Virus record (IMG/VR): IMGVR_UViG_3300037455_000462
Span: 41,908 to 105,907 of that record
DNA from: a virus
Lineage: Duplodnaviria; Caudoviricetes
DNA: 64,000 bases
Reading direction: 5' to 3' (one strand)
Shown here: one piece after another, positions 29,219-38,033 of the stretch
How positions within the stretch are numbered: position 1 is the stretch's first letter
How the letters are laid out: each line of letters begins with the position of its first letter
Made by a program: the position numbers and the translations under genes
The notes under the pieces: model-generated
The model's database searches: none
Told to the model about the DNA's origin: nothing
The model's input: the letters and a program-made list of their open reading frames with translations, nothing else

Positions 29219-30583
29219 ATGCTGAATTACCAAGAATACATAAACGAAAAACTGAACATCGCGCCCGTCACAAAGGAAAGGCTTGACAAGATAACGCACA
29301 GCATACGCGATGAGAAAAGCATCAAGATATACAAGAACAAATATACCGAACTGCTAATCAGCAGAGACAAAATAGACTCAACCGACTACAAAGAAATCGG
29401 TTCATTCGATACATTGAAAGACGCTATCCGCTTCAAGGGTGAAAACTACCAAAAGCAGACCGTACTGTATTCTATGTTCTTGGCTGTGGAATTGATGGAT
29501 TTGTTCGGTTACAAAAAATTGGAAGAACTGTTCAGCGGTGGATTTGAACTTTTCGACCCGTCCTCGATATACAACAAAGGCGAATTGACAATAATCATCG
29601 ACACCACCGACTACTTCAATGCCATACAAGAATACAATAGGCTTGAGTTGTATAAAAAGATGCAGGAAGACGCTAAAAAAAGGATGCAGAAGAATGAAAA
29701 GGAACAAATGATGAAAGACCTCTGCGGGAGGTTGTCATACAGCGTCACCGAAAAACTGAACATTTCCCCCGTTACAAAAGAAAGGCTGTCCAAACTAACA
29801 GATAAATTACACAAAGACAACAAAATACGTTTGTATCAAAGCAAAGACAGAGAAATCATAGTCAGCGAAGAAATAATCGACTCAAGAAAATTCAGCGAGT
29901 TCAAGTCATTCAACAAAATAGAAGACGCGCTGACTTATTTGGATTCATACACAAAAGGCAAGACCACTCCCGTTGTGTATTCTATGCTAATGGCGGAAGA
30001 AATGAGGGACGCGCTCAATTACAAATCAATAAATGACTTGTTCGACAACGGATTTGTGATGTTTGACCCGCTGACAATAAACAACAATTATATATCCATT
30101 GTATGCACGGAGGAAGAATACATAAACGCTATGCTTTATTACACAATGAATAAACGCGACCTTAACGTCTCGGTAAAACAACCTATGGCAAACGGTGGAT
30201 TGTCGGAAAAACTGAACATAAAACCAATCACCAAAGACAGACTTGGACGATTGAAAGACAACCTCGGCATACACATCTACCAAGACCATTATGGCGAATG
30301 CCTCATAAGCAGGGAGGAAGTAAAAAACAGCAGATTCACAGAGGTGGCAAAGGTGAGCGATTTAAGCGATGTGCTAAATTGGATTGAGGAATACGACCCT
30401 ACCGCCGCCATATATTCAATACATTTGGTCAAAGACCTAATCGAAGAATTCGGATATTCATCTTTGGAAGACGCTTTTGAAAACTTTGCCGTTTCGTGTT
30501 TCGACCCGTCAGATGCGTCCGATGTGATAACGGTAATCGAAGATATGGAAAACTATGAACGTGCTATGAAGAACGCAAAATAA
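29219..30583 (+). CDS. Putative head-packaged polyprotein of three homologous units
   Basis: Three E-KLNIxP(V/I)TKxRL motifs, each followed by a YS...FxY...FDP domain. Confidence 0.75.
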   Translation: MLNYQEYINEKLNIAPVTKERLDKITHSIRDEKSIKIYKNKYTELLISRDKIDSTDYKEIGSFDTLKDAIRFKGENYQKQTVLYSMFLAVELMDLFGYKKLEELFSGGFELFDPSSIYNKGELTIIIDTTDYFNAIQEYNRLELYKKMQEDAKKRMQKNEKEQMMKDLCGRLSYSVTEKLNISPVTKERLSKLTDKLHKDNKIRLYQSKDREIIVSEEIIDSRKFSEFKSFNKIEDALTYLDSYTKGKTTPVVYSMLMAEEMRDALNYKSINDLFDNGFVMFDPLTINNNYISIVCTEEEYINAMLYYTMNKRDLNVSVKQPMANGGLSEKLNIKPITKDRLGRLKDNLGIHIYQDHYGECLISREEVKNSRFTEVAKVSDLSDVLNWIEEYDPTAAIYSIHLVKDLIEEFGYSSLEDAFENFAVSCFDPSDASDVITVIEDMENYERAMKNAK

Positions 30584-30588
30584 ACGGC

Positions 30589-31302
30589 TCATTTCAGACA
30601 TATCCTCACATACAAATCATCCCGCACACCCTTATAGAAATATCCGAAACTCGGAATACGCAGATACATACCGTTGCGTAAACGCATAGGTGTCTTTATG
30701 TACCTTCCGACACCGTTCACCTTTATGTACATAATATCCCGTATATCGTTTTTTCTCATATAATAGTAATACACGAGAACGTATTTGCCATAATGCTTCT
30801 TGAACGAAAAGTTTTTGTCGAGCGCGAATTTAACTGACAAAAACATATTGACGCGAAAACCGCCGACCTTTTTGCCCATACCTTCGTAGCACACAACATC
30901 CCCTATGCAGATTTTCGGCGGAATGGTGACGGTCACGCTGTCGCCGTTGTCGTAGGTTATGGTTCTTATGCAGCCGTTAAAACCCTCTTCGAGCGTTATG
31001 ACAACCTCGACACGGGTATCTTTTTCCGTCATCTTCGGTTCTTCCGACTTTTTGCGTTTCAATTCGGCACGCTCCTTGCGATGCTTGACACGATATCCCT
31101 TGCAGATTCGGTTGTAGGCATCGACAATTTTCTTATACAGTTCCTCGTCACCGCCTTTGTCGGGGTGTTTGAACATCGACAGCACTCTGAACTGATGCTT
31201 GACTTCATTCAAGTCAGCATTGTCTTGTAATCCGAGAGTCTTGTAAGGGTTGTCGGAATCAACGAACACGCCGTTTATGTCACCGCCGCTCATATCGCAC
31301 AA
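30589..31302 (-). CDS. DnaJ-domain protein
   Basis: NPYKTLGL, HPDKGG, ITLEEGFNG. Confidence 0.88.
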   Translation of the reverse strand: MCDMSGGDINGVFVDSDNPYKTLGLQDNADLNEVKHQFRVLSMFKHPDKGGDEELYKKIVDAYNRICKGYRVKHRKERAELKRKKSEEPKMTEKDTRVEVVITLEEGFNGCIRTITYDNGDSVTVTIPPKICIGDVVCYEGMGKKVGGFRVNMFLSVKFALDKNFSFKKHYGKYVLVYYYYMRKNDIRDIMYIKVNGVGRYIKTPMRLRNGMYLRIPSFGYFYKGVRDDLYVRICLK

Positions 31303-32144
31303 ATATTTCTTTTCTTTTTGTACTGCATAAGGTTAAGCAACTCCATATACTTGTTGGTTATATCCCTATACAGTATCGCCGTCTTGGAAGGCTCTTTTCC
31401 GCAATACGATGTTGTCGAGACATTATCGCTGTTATAACCGACATAATAATAACCGATTGACGGTATGTATGTTTCCTCAAGCGAATGGGTTATGAGGTCG
31501 TATGCCGAATCGTCCATTATCTCCGTGTCCTCGATAAAGGCATATCTCCTATCCCTAACAGTACCCTTTGAGAGAATCTTCGGGCAATCGCAGGAAAGGA
31601 ACGGATGCGACCATCGGTAAACACCAAGAGGCTCTTGAAACGAAAAATACATATTCCCGAAATTCACACGTATAGTGTCGCCGCAGCGAACTCCCCCCAT
31701 AAACTCACCCCTGCTTGAATATACATTGCCGTTGATGTAAAGGAAATTCGAATAGTTGGTCGAAATCATTTCCGTTGACGGGTACTGTATCTGCGCAAGC
31801 CGCATATAGCGCAGTATATTCTCCCCAATAAGGTCATCGTGGTCGAGAAAAAACACAAAGTCATCGTCTTGCCGACAATTTTTGAAACCGAGCATTTTCA
31901 TAGCCCCAGGGAAAGTGCGTTTCTCGGTCGCTCTGACAATCTTCATTTTCTGTAGTTTATGCCTAACACGCGAAAGCGATTCCACTTTGTCGAACAGCGA
32001 AAGACATTCGTTCTCAAAGTAAGCGTCATCACTTGCATCGACAACAACAAACTCGAAATCGTCAAAGTCCTGGCAGAACACCGACATAAGCGTGGCGTAC
32101 AGCAGGGGCATATTCCTATGGGTGGGCATCACTATCGAAATCAT
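31290..32144 (-). CDS. Glycosyltransferase family 2
   Basis: ISIVMPTH, VVVD, FLDHDD; start placed at MISIV. Confidence 0.85.
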   Translation of the reverse strand: MISIVMPTHRNMPLLYATLMSVFCQDFDDFEFVVVDASDDAYFENECLSLFDKVESLSRVRHKLQKMKIVRATEKRTFPGAMKMLGFKNCRQDDDFVFFLDHDDLIGENILRYMRLAQIQYPSTEMISTNYSNFLYINGNVYSSRGEFMGGVRCGDTIRVNFGNMYFSFQEPLGVYRWSHPFLSCDCPKILSKGTVRDRRYAFIEDTEIMDDSAYDLITHSLEETYIPSIGYYYVGYNSDNVSTTSYCGKEPSKTAILYRDITNKYMELLNLMQYKKKRNICAI

Positions 32145-32145
32145 A

Positions 32146-34083
32146 TCAGAACAGTCTCTTCGGGCGTTTAACGGTTTTTTCTGTATAGACACGCTTCAAA
32201 CCCTCTCCTTCAATGAGAGCCTTTTTGCGCAATGACGAATCACCGCCAAACCAAACATTGAGTTTCTCATCGCTTTTGTCGGTTATCTCGTAATAGTACA
32301 GCCGTGGGTTCTTTATGATTTCCTCATACTCGGAATCCGTTAGGGCGGCAAGACCTTTCTTGTACGAAACGTCCCACTTGGAAGCATCGTTCTTTTTAAG
32401 CCAATCCTCCCACTCGTCATCGTAGTAGAAGTCTATGCGCTTACCCGTTTTCTTGTTTTTCGCTATAATCACGGGGGTTTCACAACGGGCGATTCTGTGT
32501 TCCCTAAACAGTTCTGGCCACCATCTCTCAAACAGATTCACCAACAAACTCGCGCAACTTATGCCGTCCACATCGGCATCGCTGTAAATGTATATCTCTC
32601 CGTAGCGCAGGTTGTCCTCAACCAAGTTGCCGCTTTTGTCATAGACAAACGGGCTTTTGCCAAACTGCAAGCCGAGCGCACCAAGTATGCTCTTTATTTC
32701 CTCGTTGGCGATAGCCTTTGATTCGCTGACTTCCCTCACGTTCAATGATTTTCCTTTCAGCGGGAACGCGCCTTGCGTTTCGGGGTCGCGGTATTTGCGG
32801 AAACCCGCCATAGGGCTGTCGCCCTCGCATAGCATAAGCGTGCATTTCCTGCGGTTCTTGCCTTTCGCCTCAACGAGTTTGTTTATCTTGACTTTCGCTA
32901 TCTCCTTGTTGGCGTTGCGCACGGCGGCTCTGTCGTCCGCCTCCGCCTTTCTCGAAACCCAATCCATAATGGAGTTGGTGATTTCGGAATTGAACACAGA
33001 CTTCAAAGTCTTTTCCGTGACAGTGTGGCTTGTGCCGAAATTCCTCGCATCGGTTATGAGTTTCTCCTTTGTCTGCGAACTGTACGCTGGGTTCTCGACA
33101 GAGCAGGACACAAACACCCAAAGTTTGTTCTTGATGTCGCTCGGCTTCAAGTCAACCTTGTGGCGTTTCTTGATACGCTCGCGAAGATAACTCACAACTT
33201 GGTCTGCTATATAGTTGACGTGCGTGCCGCCGTCCTTCGTTTCGGCAGAGTTTACAATCGAAATCTGCGTGAACGAGTCTGCGGGCGCGAAACCCACTTC
33301 CCATCCTTTGCCTTTCTCGAATATCACGTTATCGCAGTACATACCGCAATATGCCTCGAATGACTTGAAAGCGAACAGTTTGCCGTTGAACTTGATTTTC
33401 AGATTCGGGTTGGTGGCGGCAGCGTCAATCACACGCTTCTGCATCATAAGCAGATGGTCTTCGTCAATGGATGAAATGCCAAATCTTTTCAAGTCGGGTT
33501 CAAATGTAATCTCCGTGTATTTCTTCTTGCTATCCTTGACTTTCGGCTTTGACTGTTTCGACATATTGTTCTCGAACACCTGCGCGAATTCCTTTTTGCC
33601 GTCAGCGGTCTTGACCGTGAACTTGGTGGAGAATATGTTTGTCAACGTAGCACCAAGCCCGTTTGTACCGACCCAATCCCTTTTTTCCGTGTCATCGAAA
33701 TTAGAGCCTGCGCGTAGTTTGGAAAATATGAGCGTTGGGACGTACATTTTCTCCGTCTTGTGCATCTCAACGGGAATACCTCCGTTGTCATATACTGTTA
33801 TCGTGTTTTTCTTCGAGTCAACGGTTATGTTGATTGCGTTGAGTTTTCCGTTGCGCTTCGATTCGTCAACGGAGTTGCTGAATATCTCGTCAAAGAGTTT
33901 CAGCAGGGCGGGAACATAGCGGACGCAGCGTTCCGTGAACCTGCCGCTTTTCTCATCATACACCCATTCGGTAACGGGTTCGGTGAGAACGGTAGAACCG
34001 ACATAGGTTCCAGGTCTCAAGAGGACGTGTTCGGTTTCCGTCAGACTCTTGTATTTTTCCTCAATGCTTTTCTGTTTTGCCAT
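32146..34083 (-). CDS. DNA topoisomerase II large subunit (gp39+gp60/GyrB-like)
   Basis: EHVLLRPGTYVGS, DNGGIP, GTNGLG, EGDS, DADVDG. Confidence 0.95.
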   Translation of the reverse strand: MAKQKSIEEKYKSLTETEHVLLRPGTYVGSTVLTEPVTEWVYDEKSGRFTERCVRYVPALLKLFDEIFSNSVDESKRNGKLNAINITVDSKKNTITVYDNGGIPVEMHKTEKMYVPTLIFSKLRAGSNFDDTEKRDWVGTNGLGATLTNIFSTKFTVKTADGKKEFAQVFENNMSKQSKPKVKDSKKKYTEITFEPDLKRFGISSIDEDHLLMMQKRVIDAAATNPNLKIKFNGKLFAFKSFEAYCGMYCDNVIFEKGKGWEVGFAPADSFTQISIVNSAETKDGGTHVNYIADQVVSYLRERIKKRHKVDLKPSDIKNKLWVFVSCSVENPAYSSQTKEKLITDARNFGTSHTVTEKTLKSVFNSEITNSIMDWVSRKAEADDRAAVRNANKEIAKVKINKLVEAKGKNRRKCTLMLCEGDSPMAGFRKYRDPETQGAFPLKGKSLNVREVSESKAIANEEIKSILGALGLQFGKSPFVYDKSGNLVEDNLRYGEIYIYSDADVDGISCASLLVNLFERWWPELFREHRIARCETPVIIAKNKKTGKRIDFYYDDEWEDWLKKNDASKWDVSYKKGLAALTDSEYEEIIKNPRLYYYEITDKSDEKLNVWFGGDSSLRKKALIEGEGLKRVYTEKTVKRPKRLF

Positions 34084-34589
34084 TTTTCGTTTACAACCTT
34101 TTTCAATAGTTCCAATGCTTCGCTGACCCTTATGCCCGCAGGAACGGATATACCGTCACACTTGCCGCGAGAGCCTACAAAGTATAGCCAAGCGGCTCTG
34201 CCCGAATTTATCTCACACGCACTCAAACTGTGGTTGGCATAATCGCAGGGCATTTTCAGCATATCCCTATTTATAGGGAGTTCAACGGTCAGCGTGTATA
34301 TGTTGTAGCAATTGCGAGTTCCGTTTTCGTCAATATAGGAATCGTATGGTTCGCCCGCCTCTTCCTCGTATGGAGCGTCATCCCAATCGTCACCCCACTG
34401 CTCGCGCATATCGGCGACAGTGAACCAAAGTTTCACGGCGACACCGCCGTGTTCGGATTCCTCATCGGGTTCGACACATTCCACATAGCACAGTTTTGTG
34501 TTGTGGTCTGTGTCGTAGGCTTCCGTGTCGGTCATAAACCATTCTCGGAATTTCTCATCCTCAAATTTGTCGGTCAAGTCAACTTTCAT
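34041..34589 (-). CDS. Hypothetical protein
   Basis: 182 aa, contains QWGDDWDDAPY. Confidence 0.65.
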   Translation of the reverse strand: MKVDLTDKFEDEKFREWFMTDTEAYDTDHNTKLCYVECVEPDEESEHGGVAVKLWFTVADMREQWGDDWDDAPYEEEAGEPYDSYIDENGTRNCYNIYTLTVELPINRDMLKMPCDYANHSLSACEINSGRAAWLYFVGSRGKCDGISVPAGIRVSEALELLKKVVNEKWQNRKALRKNTRV

Positions 34590-35005
34590 AAATCATTAGG
34601 GACTTTGCAATAAGTCGATGTGTATTTGATTATGTATATGGCATCAGCGTCCTTGTCATTGGTATCGTCAAGCATACCGATTGACGGGTTTTCATAAACA
34701 CGCACTTTTGTTATAGTGCCGTCCCTTTCAAACTCGACAATCTCAAACGGTTTCTTGTACTGACCGCAAACCATTTCGCTGTCGTACATCCGCTTTTCAG
34801 TACCCATAAACTTTTTCAAATTGGGCATAGGTCGGCAGGCGAGGTACGGGTTTTTGCACCGCATAATAATCTCGCCGAGATGCACGTCAAGACTCATAAC
34901 GCTCTCCGTCACCAAAAGGCGGTCAACCGCCGTCAAGTCTTCGGGCATCCTAACTTCAAAAAGGGAGTTAGCCCCTCTTGCGCAGTAATCATAAGTGTGT
35001 TCCAT
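34586..35005 (-). CDS. Hypothetical protein
   Basis: 139-aa ORF in operon. Confidence 0.6.
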   Translation of the reverse strand: MEHTYDYCARGANSLFEVRMPEDLTAVDRLLVTESVMSLDVHLGEIIMRCKNPYLACRPMPNLKKFMGTEKRMYDSEMVCGQYKKPFEIVEFERDGTITKVRVYENPSIGMLDDTNDKDADAIYIIKYTSTYCKVPNDL

Positions 35006-35092
35006 TATGTATTGTTATCTTTTTCTTCGGATTTGTCATCGGATTCGCCGTCAGACAAAGCCTTTTCGTATCATCAATATATGCGTTATATA

Positions 35093-35710
35093 TCACTTGC
35101 CTATATTATCGGCTTCGTTGTAACCAATCAAACGCATAAGTCTGTCCTTATGCTGCTCTGTCTGCGGAGTACCCGAAAAGTTATAGTAGTTGAACAGCAG
35201 TATTTTCACCTTGTCGGACACGGGCGCAGCCCAATCCGAATAGTACACCCTCGCGGTGAACGAGTTTACGCGGCTTCTGAAATACATCTTCAGTTCATCG
35301 GAAAAGTCGCTGAAACGGACATTCTCCCCGACCCAAATCGAAAACGAGTCGCGTATGAAGCGCGAAACGGTCGTTAGCCTCTGTTTTCCGTCAATGACCT
35401 GCTTGACTTTCGAGCCGTCTTTGAACTCGTGTTCAACAACAACGAATTCCTCTATGGGTTTCTCCAACAATATGTTCTCGATGAACGATGTTCTTTGGCA
35501 GTCGTTCCAAACATAGTCGCGTTGCAGTTTTATTCCGTAGTCGGGCAGAAACACGTCAAAATCATAGCGTCTGTTGCGATAAGTGTAATTATCGTCCCGA
35601 AGGGCTTCAAACAGTCTGTTGTCAAGAACAACATTCTTGTTCATATCCACGGTTGAGGGAACGCCGTTCAGACCGCAGATTCGTTTCACATCTTCCAATT
35701 CAACTTTCAT
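35093..35710 (-). CDS. DUF262 (ParB-like) domain protein
   Basis: LQRDYVW and VIDGKQRLTT; start placed at MKVELE. Confidence 0.85.
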   Translation of the reverse strand: MKVELEDVKRICGLNGVPSTVDMNKNVVLDNRLFEALRDDNYTYRNRRYDFDVFLPDYGIKLQRDYVWNDCQRTSFIENILLEKPIEEFVVVEHEFKDGSKVKQVIDGKQRLTTVSRFIRDSFSIWVGENVRFSDFSDELKMYFRSRVNSFTARVYYSDWAAPVSDKVKILLFNYYNFSGTPQTEQHKDRLMRLIGYNEADNIGK

Positions 35711-35732
35711 AGCAAAAAATCTTATTACGCCG

Positions 35733-35799
35733 CAAAGATACAAATTTTTTATATACACAAGATTTTTTTATACAAAAGTTATGAACAGATTTATCAACA
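35733..35799 (-). promoter_or_regulatory. Bacteroidota-type promoter (TATCTTTG) with tandem upstream DnaA-box-like 9-mers
   Basis: -7 element at 35733-35740; TTATGAACA at 35779 and TTATCAACA at 35791. Confidence 0.65.
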
Positions 35800-37794
35800 C
35801 TATTTCGATGTGACGCTGAATTTGAGTTTGTTGTTTTTCTTGTCAACGCCGACACTCACCTTGTTCTTGCCATCGCCGTCATTGATAATCAAGTCGGTTA
35901 TCTCATCGGATATGTCGTGTTGGATTGAGCGTATCAATGCCCTCGCGCCCATTTTCTCCTCCGCAGACTTCTTCACAATGAACGTCTTTGCTTCGCCGCT
36001 GATGGAAAGTGAATATCCGAGGTCGGAAAGCGACTGTCTGACTTCCTCGATTTCGTTGTTGAAAATCTTTTCGAGTTCGGACTCTCCGAGTTCGTTGAAA
36101 TAGCAGATGCTGTCGATTCTGTTCAAAAACTCTGGTGAGAAAATCTTGTTCACCGTTTTCTCTATGATTTTCTTTCGGTTTTCCTCGTTCCGTCTTTCCA
36201 AGTCGTCCTTTTCCGATGCAAAACCTATGACACCGCCTGCGTTTTTAGCCTCCTTGACACCCGCGTTGCTTGTGAGTATGATGATGGTGTTGACGGCTGA
36301 ATGCTTCACGCCGTTGGCATCCGTTATGTAGCCTTCGTCAAGCAGTTGGAGTATCGTGTTGAAAATGGACGGATGCGCCTTTTCGATTTCGTCAAAAAGG
36401 ATGACAGAATAGGGGTTGTTCTTGATTGCGTTGCAGAGAACACCGCCCTCGCCGTAGCCTACGTAGCCAGGGGGCGCACCAATGAGTTTGTTCACGCTTA
36501 TTTCATCGGAATACTCGCTCATATCAAGGCGAACCATAGAATCCTCCGAACCGAAAAGATACTCGGAGAGTTTCTTCGCGAGGAACGTCTTGCCGACACC
36601 CGTAGAGCCGAGGAATATGAAATTGCCTACCGTGTGGTTTTTCTTGCGGATTCCGAGTCTGTTTCTCTTGACGGTCTTGCAGACCATAGACACAGCCTCA
36701 TCCTGCCCGATGACCTTTTTCGATATGTCGCTCTCCATATTCTTCATCCTCGCCATATCGCTTTCCGTGAGTTTGGCAACGGGAACTCCCGCCATATCGC
36801 TGATTGCGGAAAACACGTCCTCGTCCGTTATCACGTTGTCGGTCTGCGACTTGAACGCCATAGAACTCAAATCGTTGATTGAGCATTCAAGGTCGGAAGC
36901 CTCCTCGTTCAGTTTCAGAATCCGAAGCATACTGTCCTTTATGCTGCCGTCATTGTGGTTGACGGCATCCTTAATCTCGTTTTTCTTATCCTCAAGTTGG
37001 GAAGCCCGTTTCGCGATGTGCGAGTCTGGCGTATGCACCCTATTGGCGTGCCTTGCGTAAATATGCTCCATAACAAGCACAGCCTTTTTCGGCATTTGGA
37101 AACCGTTTTTGACATACTTGTCGGAGAGGGCGACAATCTTGTCGGTTGTCTGCTCGTCCATAACGGTTCTGAAATACTGATTGTAGTGCGAGATTTTCTT
37201 GTGGAGGATTTCCTTCGTGTTCTCGATGGACTGCGGCTTGACATTGATTCTCGTGAAGTGGCGGAGAAGGTCGTACTTGTTCTCTATGCTCTTGAGTTCG
37301 TTGTTGTTGCAGCAGCAAATGACCTTGACACCGTATTTTATGGCACGCTCGATATGCTGCCATATCATAAGGTTCACAACATTGTCGTTGATTATGGAGG
37401 CTATGTTGTCGATGAACAGAACACGCTTGTCGTGTTTGTCCATAATGTACTCGAACACGCTGTTAAGCCGTTCCTCGTAGTCGGAAACCTTCTGTATGCC
37501 ATCGGTGAGGCGCAACTGAATGAGTTCCCATATCTTCATATTGTAGAACGGCATAGGTGATTTGTATGTGTCGGCGAGATATTGTATGTGCTTCACAAGG
37601 GAAGTCTTGCCAACGCCGTTTGCGCCCGTGATTATGACGTTGTTCTGCGGTATCAGCAGAGCGTCAAATACACGTCTCGCATAGTCCTCGAAAAAAAGTG
37701 ATTCAACGCCTTCGACCTTATCGAGGCATTGGTTTTCTGGTTTCGTGTCCCCGTAAATCTTAACGGGTTCGCCTTTCGGCATATCAATCTTCAT
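35800..37794 (-). CDS. ClpB/ClpC-like AAA+ chaperone
   Basis: GANGVGKT, VIGQDEA, GSTGVGKT, DMSEY, GAPPGYVGY, FDEIEKAH. Confidence 0.92.
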   Translation of the reverse strand: MKIDMPKGEPVKIYGDTKPENQCLDKVEGVESLFFEDYARRVFDALLIPQNNVIITGANGVGKTSLVKHIQYLADTYKSPMPFYNMKIWELIQLRLTDGIQKVSDYEERLNSVFEYIMDKHDKRVLFIDNIASIINDNVVNLMIWQHIERAIKYGVKVICCCNNNELKSIENKYDLLRHFTRINVKPQSIENTKEILHKKISHYNQYFRTVMDEQTTDKIVALSDKYVKNGFQMPKKAVLVMEHIYARHANRVHTPDSHIAKRASQLEDKKNEIKDAVNHNDGSIKDSMLRILKLNEEASDLECSINDLSSMAFKSQTDNVITDEDVFSAISDMAGVPVAKLTESDMARMKNMESDISKKVIGQDEAVSMVCKTVKRNRLGIRKKNHTVGNFIFLGSTGVGKTFLAKKLSEYLFGSEDSMVRLDMSEYSDEISVNKLIGAPPGYVGYGEGGVLCNAIKNNPYSVILFDEIEKAHPSIFNTILQLLDEGYITDANGVKHSAVNTIIILTSNAGVKEAKNAGGVIGFASEKDDLERRNEENRKKIIEKTVNKIFSPEFLNRIDSICYFNELGESELEKIFNNEIEEVRQSLSDLGYSLSISGEAKTFIVKKSAEEKMGARALIRSIQHDISDEITDLIINDGDGKNKVSVGVDKKNNKLKFSVTSK

Positions 37795-37869
37795 TGTAAG
37801 AAAGTTTAGAACAACAATTGTGCGTTTTGAATAATATAATAAAAAAATCCGAAAAATGCAAACAACGGG

Positions 37870-38025
37870 TTATTCGCCGTTGTTTTCCTTTTTTGAATCC
37901 TCCCACAATTTCTTCAGCATATCAAGTTTGCGCTTCCTTTCCTCCTCGCGCTCCTTGTTTGTTTTCTTTTTCGGTTTGAGATTTAAATTCCTAATTCTCT
38001 GCCTTCCGCAGTTGCATCCTCCCAT
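37870..38025 (-). CDS. Small basic protein (51 aa, MGGCNCG...)
   Basis: Below the ORF-track cutoff; fills the gap after the 713-aa gene. Confidence 0.55.
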   Translation of the reverse strand: MGGCNCGRQRIRNLNLKPKKKTNKEREEERKRKLDMLKKLWEDSKKENNGE

Positions 38026-38033
38026 AACAATTA

